From: Octopus vulgaris
Taxonomy: Eukaryota
NCBI GenBank assembly: GCA_951406725.2
Contig: OX597823.1
Span: 12,400,001 to 12,464,000, forward strand
Length of the DNA stretch: 64,000 bases
Direction: 5' to 3'
The notes beneath the pieces were generated by a model. It was not told the origin of the DNA, ran no database searches, and saw only the letters and a list, made by a program, of their open reading frames with translations. This document shows, one piece after another, positions 53,555 to 64,000 of this stretch (position 1 is its first letter; each line of letters opens with the position of its first letter). A program made the position numbers and the translations under genes.

Positions 53555-54430
53555 GAAATGGTTTCAAAATTTTACGATAAGGGCAACCATTTTGGGGAGG
53601 GGATAAGTCGATTACATCGTCCCCAGTGTTTCACTGGTACTTAATTTGCTGACTCCGAAAGGATGAAAGGCAAAGTCGACCTCGGTGGAATTTGAACTCA
53701 GAACGTAAAGAAAAACGAAATACCTATTTCTTTACTACCCACAAGGGGCTAAACACAGAGGGGACAAACAAGGACAGCTAACGGATTAAGTCGATTACAT
53801 TGACCCCAGTGCGTAACTGGTACTTAATTTATCGACCCCGAAAGGATGAAAGGCAAAGTCGACCTAGGCGGAATTTGAACTCAGAACGTAACGGCAGACG
53901 AAATACTGCTATGCATTTCGCCCGGCGTGCTAACGATTCTGGCAGCTCGTCGCCTTTGGTACTTAATTTATTGACTCCGAAATGATGAAAGGGAAAGTCG
54001 ACCTCGGCGGAATTTGAACACAGAAGGGGCAGACAGAGGAAGTGCTGCGAAGCATTTCACTCGGCGTTCTAATGATTTTGCCAGTTCGACTCCTTAATAA
54101 TGGTTTCAAATTTTGGCTCAAGGCCTGAAATTTTGGAGTGGAGGTAAGTCAATTACATCGATTCAAGCATTCAACTAGCACTTATTTTATCAACCGTGAA
54201 AGGATGAAAGGTAAAGTTGACCTCGGCAGAATTTGAACGCAGAACGTAAAGACGGTCGAAATACTGCTATGCATTCGCCCGGCGTGCTAACGATTCTTCC
54301 AACTCGTCGCCTTAATGATAATGATAATAATCCTTTTTACTATAGGCTCAAGGCCTGAAATTTTAGTGTTAGGGTGTTAGTTGATTATAACGACAGGTAA
54401 TTTTTTATCGGCCTGGAAAGGATGAAAGTT
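53555..54430 (-). mobile_element. head-to-tail cluster of S4 SINE units
   Basis: about five repeats of the GATGAAAGGCAAAGTCGACCTCGGCGGAATTTGAAC core, separated by TAA-rich spacers. Confidence 0.85.
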
Positions 54431-55999
54431 AATCTAGGCGTGATCTCACAGAGGCCACACTCAGACTTTTGTGGTGCCTATCCCGGCTTTTCACGTTCTG
54501 AGGTCACTTTTAGTGCAGACCGACTTTCCTTATCTTCCCTCCGGGATCTATAAACTGAAGTAACAGTTGAGTAGGAGGTTGATATTATTTCAGTTTGACA
54601 AACAATTTTAGTGACAGCGAAAACAACAGCGATAACTTTCGAACAGAGACAAACATTTTAAAATTATTTAAATAATATTTGTATTAAAACTAATCTTGCT
54701 TCCATCATGACACTGAATACCTAGATTTAACATTTCCTCTAAAACACTATTTGGGAATTTTTAAAAAAACCAATGTCACTTTGGCGTTGGATTTAATACA
54801 AGAGAGCGCAAACGATATGATATATGCGTTTTAAAAATGATGGAAGTAGTATCGAATTACTTTCAAAACAGGAATTACAACAAGCGCTACAGGAAATTCT
54901 GTGAGATATTCTCACAGGAGTGAAAGTAATGGCACCGTCTAGTGCACTTTCAAAAACCAGCATCCACGCAAAGTACAAGCTGAAATTTTGAGATATGCTT
55001 CTACTCATACACTTGTATCCCACTATATTGCAGAAAGAAATAGAAACTGATAATAAAAGACTGGAAGAGAAATGGATGCTGGTCATCGTTCTTGAATGTT
55101 AATGAGGTCGAATGGTCAAATTAGTACTGACGAGAAGCTACAGCCTGTCAGCTGGTGTCTAAATTGATTTGTAAGTTCGAATGACACCCCCAAAGTCCAG
55201 AGACACACGACAGTTGTTCACATATAAGGCTTGAGTCAAAGGAGATGGAAAAACTCTAGTAGATAGATATATCGTAGTGAGAAACAATTGAGGTTTGTTT
55301 TTTGCATTAAAGAACTGGAAAGCCTAGGAAGGCAAAGAAAAAAAAAAGAACTCGATTGCGGAAACGAGACGAGGCAGTAACAAGAGCAGCATGTTTCAGT
55401 CTCCAATGCACCATCAGTCCCATCTTCAGGAATGGCAGAAGGAATGAACTCAAGATCAGTTCTAGATACGAATGAGCAGAGGGTCCACGCCAACGGTAGC
55501 AACTAGTAATATCAATCCATCGTTGTGTGACGAGCTAAAGATAATGATTGCAAAGGAGAGTATCTTTACTGTCGGAGGAAAACAAAGAGAAAACTATCAC
55601 AAAAAACTAAAAAAACTTAGAGTAACGGAAAAGCAACTACAACATATAAGAAGGAACAAATTTTTCATAACAACAATAGTGCCTCATCTTAGAATAATGA
55701 AGACTATTAAAAGGAGAGAAAAGTACTAAGAAGATGTAAGTGACCACAAATACACAAAAATACGACTGCTTAAAAATGCTTATAGCAGCAGAAGGGATTT
55801 CATTAATGGTGGCAACAATCGGAAATTCTAGCATGGGGAACAGAAGGAAGAAAAGCAAGAATAATACTGCCACACCAACGAAAATAATAACGAATTGCCA
55901 TAGAAACTTCTATATTGATAATTGACTTGCAAATATTAAGAGCCAAGTGTCTCTCAAATAACATAGTACTATCTTACAAAGGCAATGTTACATTAGATA

Positions 56000-56219
56000 T
56001 TTCTAATTTTTGCACAAGTCCAACAATTTTGTGGAGAGGAGTATGTCGAGCGTATCCCGTCCCCATCTCATTGTCCAGCATGTACTTATGTTATCGATTC
56101 CAAAAGGATGAAAGGCAAAGCCTGCTTCGATGGCATTTCAATTCAGAACTTTAAGGGAATGAAGAAATCCCGCTAAGCATTTTTGTCCAGTGCGGTAGCG
56201 ATTTCGCCAGCTCGCTCCT
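56000..56219 (-). mobile_element. old S4 SINE
   Basis: AAAGGATGAAAGGCAAAG...GCCAGCTCGC; diverged TSD-like flanks. Confidence 0.7.
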
Positions 56220-57084
56220 CTAACATTACATTGGACATGTTGTTCTATTTATTCACGGCTTAATATAAAGAGATATTCATGGATGGAATGTCTTCAATCA
56301 TTGTTCAGACGAGTGAGATTTGAGTAGGAGTTGAACAGCAACACGCGCAATAACAATAGCACTAATGAAATTTGAATACTTAATTAAGTACACGCTTAGG
56401 CTGATTGAGTTAATACGAAATTTTTACAGACCGCCCTGGACAAGAGACTGACCTAAACAGTTATATTACAAAAGAAATTATCTCCTGACAATTATGAAAT
56501 TTCTATGAAAAGGCAATAAAGTCACTGTGCTTTCGAAGACATTTTTGTCGATGTGCTCCAGAATAGCGGTGAAGAAGCAGATCTATGTTGGAAGGCGTTC
56601 TAGACACAAACAACCAATCTTTCTCCTTTAAGTTAATGAAAATCTTGGACACCTTGTCCAGTACACTTTTAAAACGAATTCAGTGTCTTTGCTCTTTTCA
56701 TTCCCTACGGGGATGGTGGTGGTAGTGGTGGAATTCTAGACACTGAACACTCCTCTCACTTTAACTGCTACTAATATGGAATTGATTCTGACACCGAGTC
56801 AAGGCCGTACAAAGATGACTAGGGACTTTATATTTCTTCTATATAGGAAATACTAAAGGCGTTATTTGGAAATTTCAGATGTTTAGCGAAGACAGTTTTG
56901 AAAGCCATCAATATTGAGACAACCCGTCGCGAAACAAATTTCTTTCATGTAATTTACAATTTTTCTTAAGTAGTACTAAACTGTTTCTTATCTTCTCAAA
57001 ATAATTTACCACTGAGACATCTTAGTAGCTCTAATAGATGTCTCTTAATTATTTTACTTCTTAATCTGTGATAAATAGACAACA

Positions 57085-57450
57085 GCAAATTTCATATTAC
57101 ACTAGCTGCTTCATAATATTTTACACAAGTTGCTCTTATTCTTCCTTGCAACAAATGTTATACATTCAGTGTTACAACTTCACGTTACCACAACCGTTGT
57201 ATAATTGTTGCATGTTTCACGTTAAAAATTTCCTTCACAATAAAACTGCTACATCTTCACGTTATAAGAATTACTTCATTGCAACACACTTCACGTCACA
57301 ATAGCTGCAACTTTTTCGCATTACGGTTGCTACACATTCCATGTTATAACTACAACATGCTTAACATGACAAGTATTGTCACAGTTTTAGGTATCAACAA
57401 CTGCCACTTACGCCATGTTACAATAATCGCTACACACTTCACTTTACAAA
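57085..57450. repeat. degenerate ~25-30-bp minisatellite
   Basis: recurring (C)TACACACTTCACGTTACAA-like unit. Confidence 0.55.
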
Positions 57451-58332
57451 AAATTAGCTTTGTACTCTCACCTCATCCAATATAGATTTTTTTTAGCAGA
57501 GAACTAGCAAGTAGTAACATTAAAATCTTTCATGAGAACATTAATGATAGAAGTGAAAGAAAATATTTTCATCTAGGTATCGAAACAGCATTGCTGTTTT
57601 GTTGTATCCAGGTGCTTGCCTGACACTGCACGGGTTTGACTTTACCTTCCATCTTTCAAGTATCAATAAGTTAGACCACTCGACTATAACCTTCATCGAA
57701 ATTCTGGACAAGATGACTACATTAGCAAAATCGATATTGATTTATTACTTAGACTAAACAATGTATGCGTTTAATGAGAATTAAGTAATCGATTCTAAAT
57801 TTGTACTATATTTCTATTTTATTGGTTCCAGGGCAGGGTTTCAGAGACAAAACTATACTGGTGCGATTTCAACTGAAAATTCAATCAATTTAGATTCTGA
57901 TGTGTACTAGTAAGCCCAATTACTTTGTTAAGTATTAAATTGGATTCCTTCATATAAGCTAATTTGGATATTTGGTAAGTGGAGAAAATAAGTGGAGAAA
58001 ACAATATCCGAATGTATGATATGTGAAACAGTTCTTAATCAAATCAGTTTCACATATCATACTTTGGGATAAATTTGATGGAAATAGAAATGACCCGAAC
58101 TGAGAATGGAAACTGCATTAATTGTTCATTGTTCGTTATATATCAGCATTAAATATTGATTTATTGATTTGTTGTTGTTTAGTGAGTTGTTAAGAGGGAG
58201 ACAGAAATGGAATATTGTAACGTTCATGACTACAAAAGCGTTGAGAACATAAATGTGAACTCAAGTTGAGTCAGAATCGAACCTACTTTCTCAGTCATCT
58301 CAAACATTAATTCCCTCTATAACAATTGCATA

Positions 58333-58633
58333 TGGAGGCACATGGCCTAGTGGTTAGAGCAGCGGACTCGCGGTCAAGGGATCGCGGGTTCGGATCTCAG
58401 ACAGGGCGTTGTGTGTGTTTATGAGCGAAACACCTAAGCTCCACGCGGCTCCGGCAGAAGGTAGTAACGAACTTCTGCTGACTGTTCCGCTACAACTTTC
58501 TCTCACTCTTTCCTCCTGCATCTTGCAGCTCACCTGCGACGGACGGGCGTCCCGTCCAGGTGGAGAACCTATACGTCAAGGAAACCGAGAAACCGGCCCT
58601 TATGAGCCAGGCGTGGCTCGAGAAGTAACAAAC
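58333..58633 (+). mobile_element. S2-related SINE with a different 3' half and 14-bp TSD
   Basis: S2-like head; TSD ATAACAATTGCATA / ATAACAACTGCGTA. Confidence 0.85.
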
Positions 58634-59951
58634 ATAACAACTGCGTAATGAAAGAAAAATATATTGCAACGAAAGAAAATTTTTAAGCATCTATATTTAT
58701 CTATATCTTTAAGAGTGAATCTGTAGTCAATTTGATCGATATAGATATATGAATAATATTTCTTTATCGTCTTTGGATGCGATATCGACAAAACTAAACT
58801 CCGAATGTACTGGCATGTTATTAACTGCACTAAATAACCGCTACATATTAATCTCATATTCAACTGTATCCAACCTTATGCCACCAAATCATCCAAGAAA
58901 AACATTAATCTCTTACAAGTGGCAGATGGTCAAGAAATGTGCAGGTTAGGGGTAGGAGATATGTGGACTGAATTGGTTGACTTCTAGTACACTAGGGTAA
59001 CTTAGTATATCGACCCTGGACGTCAAAGTAAGGGAAAAGCTAATTAGACATCTTGTTGAAATACTGCCTAGAATGGATATAGTTATAGGGTGAATGTGGT
59101 TATTCCGGTAGTCTATCGTTTCAGACAATTTTACACGTTTATATTAAAGAAAATATTGATTTATTACGCTAGTACTAAACCACAAATTGAAGGTAAGTCA
59201 TTCTAACACACTCTGGTAGTCATCATGTTTATGTTAGAAGCAGAATTATAAATACTTATACTTTTCTCGTATGATTATATCAATACTCAGCAATCTTTGC
59301 TATTTCTACCTATGCACTGACATGCACTTTTAAACTAACTCCCCTACGGCTACTTTAATATTTACAGGACATTTCATTTCCAACGCAGACATTAACACGG
59401 TGTGTGTGTGTGTGTGTATGCAAATATATATATGTGTGTGTGTATGCAAATATATGTGTGTGTGTGTCTAAATGTGTCTGGGCATATATATAGCTGTGCG
59501 AGTATAGTTCAGTTTGCTTCTGATATATTCGAGGGATATGTATATACATAAATGCGGTTACCATCTGTTTGTGAAGCTGCAAGTTTATATCTGGCGTGGG
59601 TTGATGAGGTTATTAACAAGCACTAACTTGAACTGATATTTCTCTGCTGTCAAATTATAATCATAACCATGACCGTAACTCGCCCACGGTTAATTTAATT
59701 TAGAAGAACGTTTGTTCAATTAAGACGGAATAATGGAACAGAACGATGAAAGCGAGCCAATACATTGTTGATGGAATCAAACGTTTTAATGCAGAATTTT
59801 TAGGCTATATTACATTTCTATTAAACAATTATTGGTTACAAATACATATTCTATACTATCTATCTATAAGTTAATCTATATATTACACGCACACATACAA
59901 CCGTATGCATCTATACCCCTAATCTTTTACACACACACACACACACACACA

Positions 59952-60799
<848 letters not shown>

Positions 60800-60914
60800 A
60801 TATATACACACATATATACTTACAAAGTATGGGGGTTTATTTCACAGATAATCTAAACGATCAGGTACGCTAAGTAAGTTCTGAAACGGATTATATATAT
60901 ATATATATATATAT

Positions 60915-61343
60915 TTAAGTAGATGAATGAATTATCCTAGTATGGATAATTCGGTTAATCGATACCTGGGTAGCAAATTCACGTCAGTAAAACACGGTTG
61001 AAGTTACATGCCAAGGGCCGAACCCAGTGTTCGTGTGTGGAAATTTATGTGTTTTTTTATATGAATAAATGAAAAGAATGGAGTTGAACGAAGATTTTAA
61101 CAAAATTCCTTTACTTTCGACATATTATGGTTTCCACAGTGGAAACCATGTAGGCAGACGGTAAGAAGCTTTTGTTCGTCTTGAGGCTGATAGAGGTTCC
61201 TTGTATTTCCTGATGAGAAGACGGCATAATGCAACCTTCATTCCTTCGGAATTAAGAGTATGCAGTCTTCGAAACATATGTCGAAAGTAAAGGAATTTTG
61301 TTAAAATCTTCGTTCAAGTCCACTCTTTTCATTTATTCGTATA
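60915..61343. mobile_element. (TA)n-flanked fold-back element, arms 61058-61125 / 61276-61343
   Basis: GAACGAAGATTTTAACAAAATTCCTTTACTTTCGACATAT / ATATGTCGAAAGTAAAGGAATTTTGTTAAAATCTTCGTTC. Confidence 0.8.
61206..61286 (+). ncRNA. intact-looking type I hammerhead ribozyme
   Basis: TTTC-CTGATGA(61210-61216)-GAAGAC...GTCTTC-GAAA-CATAT-GTC-GAAA; perfect 6-bp stem II, palindromic stem III ACATATGT, GUC cleavage triplet. Confidence 0.85.
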
Positions 61344-61874
61344 TATATATATGTATAAAACTAGATCTTTTTCAGATCTAAGACGTCTAACACATTGCTG
61401 AATTCTAGATCCGAAATTTTGAGCGGTTATGTGTATATGGCTGACTTCCTTTAACGAATTGGAAAGTGCAACACTCTCAGGATTGAACAACTGTACTACA
61501 GGCTCTATGCTAAAAATCTTTTTAGCCGTATATTTCATGGTCTAAAGAGAAATAACTTTAATCTGCACTTTGCCTCTTTCTGTTTTCTTTTTCGTTTTTC
61601 GTTTATTTCACCTTCCACCTTTTACAACTACTTCTTCCTTGCGATTTCTCGATTTATCTCTTATCTTATCGTCCCATTTTTAGTTTGTTATGCTATGTGC
61701 GCATTGTCTGAAGATTGTGCTATGATTTCAGACGTGTTGGTCTGCTCTTAGCACATGAGATTAAAAGTAACACATAAAAAAACATATACTGTGTTAATTA
61801 AATAATATTCATCACTCACCAGATGGAGTACTTTTTCCTTGGTCTTTCTATCATGGAACAGTACACTATATTAT

Positions 61875-61931
<57 letters not shown>

Positions 61932-61950
61932 TATATACATACACATTTCC

Positions 61951-61989
<39 letters not shown>

Positions 61990-61991
<2 letters not shown>

Positions 61992-62177
61992 CGGATCCGT
62001 GGAACAAGCTGCCAGATGAGATGGTGAAGATGCCGACGACCGCTTTGTTCAAAGCCTCCCTGGACCTCAAGTGGCCTGAACTCTTTACATGAACACCACC
62101 CTGTACTTAACTCCATGTCCCCCTACATGGCCTTGCTATTTGCTTTTGAGCCAAATTAACTAACTAACTAACTAACT

Positions 62178-62180
<3 letters not shown>
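61990..62180 (+). mobile_element. 5'-truncated CR1-type LINE 3' end
   Basis: [33 protein letters not shown] then short UTR and (TAAC)n tail. Confidence 0.8.
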
Positions 62181-62238
<58 letters not shown>

Positions 62239-62358
62239 ACAATCAAGGAACGGCCATAATAGGCCATTCACCCACTAGAAATAACAGCCAAAAGCTTTAA
62301 CTGCAAAATAACATTAATTCCGTAAACCAGGAGAAAATTGAAAAACGTTTACCCTGTA

Positions 62359-62465
62359 ATTTCTTAGACGATGCACCGTTTCATCTACCGTTTAATGGTA
62401 AACTAACCTGATTAAATTAAATCAAGCCAATCCGCCATAGGCCCTTAGACTCATCAGTAAGAAAT
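62359..62465 (-). ncRNA. type I hammerhead ribozyme (mirror copy)
   Basis: reverse complement of 62485-62591. Confidence 0.85.
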
Positions 62466-62484
62466 AGCCTATAAGAAATAGGCT

Positions 62485-62591
62485 ATTTCTTACTGATGAG
62501 TCTAAGGGCCTATGGCGGATTGGCTTGATTTAATTTAATCAGGTTAGTTTACCATTAAACGGTAGATGAAACGGTGCATCGTCTAAGAAAT
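62485..62591 (+). ncRNA. intact-looking type I hammerhead ribozyme
   Basis: ATTTCTTA-CTGATGA(62493-62499)-GTCTA...TAGAT-GAAA(62568-62571)-CGGTGCATC-GTC-TAAGAAAT; 8-bp stem I; predicted cleavage after 62583. Confidence 0.88.
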
Positions 62592-62837
62592 TACAGGGTA
62601 AACGTTTTTCAATTTTCTCCTGGTTTACGGAATTAATGTTATTTTGCGGTTAAAGCTTTTGGCTGTTATTTCTAGTGGGTGAATGGCCTATTATGGCCGT
62701 TCCTTGATTGTTGATGTTGAATTTAAAAATGGTTTATGACTATTTAATTTTTCCCACTGGGCCGCTGGTGGCAAAAGAATTCTACAAAATTTTTTTTTTG
62801 CCACCCTATATTGATTAATTATATATATATATATATA

Positions 62838-62970
62838 TAATATTAAATTAGAGATAAAACCACTATTAGGTAAATCAAACAGTGAAAAACATAAGCCAAT
62901 ACATAAAATTAATTTAAAAATATAAAAGTTAAAAATAAAAAATTATTTAAATAATTTAAACTTATAAATT
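62838..62970. repeat. fragment of the family seen at 8262-8562
   Basis: ATATTAAATTAGAGATAAAACCACTATTAGG...AAGCCAATACATAA. Confidence 0.75.
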
Positions 62971-63011
62971 ATATATATATATATACACACACATATATAT
63001 ATATATATATG

Positions 63012-63070
<59 letters not shown>

Positions 63071-63074
63071 GTGT

Positions 63075-63292
63075 AGGCGCAATGGCCCAGGGGTTAGGGC
63101 AGCGGACTCGCGGTCGTAGGATCGCGGTTTCGATTCCCAGACCGGGCGTTGTGAGTGTTTATTGAGCAAAAACACCTAAAAGTTCCACGAGGCCCCGGCA
63201 GGGGATGGTGGCGATCCCTGCTGTACCCTTTCACCACGACTTTCTCTCACTCTTTCTTATTTTAGCCTGCTCGCTTAGCCAGCGGTGTGGCG
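63075..63292 (+). mobile_element. SINE family S2, 5' half with alternative tail
   Basis: matches head of 51196-51578. Confidence 0.88.
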
Positions 63293-64000
63293 AAGCTCAT
63301 TGTTTTAGCCTTCAAATGACGCCTAGTCGAAAAAAGAGAAGAAAAATAAAATATATATATACGCGTATGTGTGCGCGTGTAAACATAGTACACCCTTTGG
63401 TATGGTCTGACGCACTCTGTGCAAGGCCTTTCCTCACATTAAAAGCCTTAGGCGCATATATTTATTATAAGTTACATTCTAAGGCCTACGTTTATCAGAG
63501 AAGAAAAAAGACTCACGCACACAACCACAGGCACCTATATATACATAGATACAAATTCATTGGGTCACCGGTAGTTGATATTTCCTCATTTCATTCTTCA
63601 TGGGCCGCATTTTAATGTTGCACTAATTCATAAATTCATAAATTCATAAATTCCCCACCCCGTTACACCCACATGATATTCATATATTTTTCATAACAGT
63701 TTGAGGAATCAAGAAAGTTTCGTTTCGAATCACAATGTATTTTAAACATTTTAAAAGTTGTACATATGAATGTGAATTTCAAAGAGATACATTTATATTT
63801 ATTTTGTTATCTTGAGTAACATTATGATATCATTCCTGAAAAATAATCTGTTGAAGTCTAACATCTGCAATGTTCCAACTGAGCCAATTTGAAAGTTAAT
63901 AATGATTTTACAAATTCTAATCCTATTATTGACTTATTTATTTAATCGCTTTATCTAATCTATCTAATCGTAACGTCATTTACTCGTTTTCATATTTAGA

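Larger units (their letters stand above)
62235..62820. mobile_element. young fold-back Penelope-like element: 238-bp arms 62235-62472 / 62478-62715 plus 105-bp one-sided tail, in (TA)n
   Basis: arms reverse-complementary with one mismatch seen; 5-nt loop. Confidence 0.9.

Noticed and set aside
53555-54430. Regularly recurring motif superficially like a CRISPR array
   Set aside because: Eukaryotic SINE multimer; long degenerate units, no unique spacers, no cas genes
55385-55435. Minus-strand CTGAAGA...GAAACATG hammerhead-like motif
   Set aside because: Stems I and II and the NUH triplet cannot be formed convincingly; at best a decayed relic

Overview
AT-rich, microsatellite-saturated eukaryotic DNA. 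The SINE families and repeat landscape point to an octopus (coleoid cephalopod) intron or intergenic region. No host protein-coding gene can be supported, and nearly all listed ORFs are (TA)n/(CA)n/trinucleotide artefacts. The window is a transposon graveyard: R4/Dong-type RLE LINE fragments in (TAA)n tracts, a decayed CR1-type LINE, an RTE relic with a recent 235-bp triplication, Tc1/mariner/pogo/hAT elements, two non-autonomous Helitrons and four tRNA-derived SINE families. The most striking signal is a dense set of roughly 15 short non-coding elements, mostly inserted in (TA)n tracts and arranged as fold-back inverted repeats or terminal direct repeats. They carry type I hammerhead ribozyme motifs (CUGANGA...GAAA...NUH) with self-complementary stem III, including a compensatory U3-A8 core variant and a near-perfect 481-bp palindrome encoding an intact hammerhead on both strands. 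They look like diverse non-autonomous Penelope-like or retrozyme-like RNA elements. All coordinates were read by eye and may be off by a few bases.
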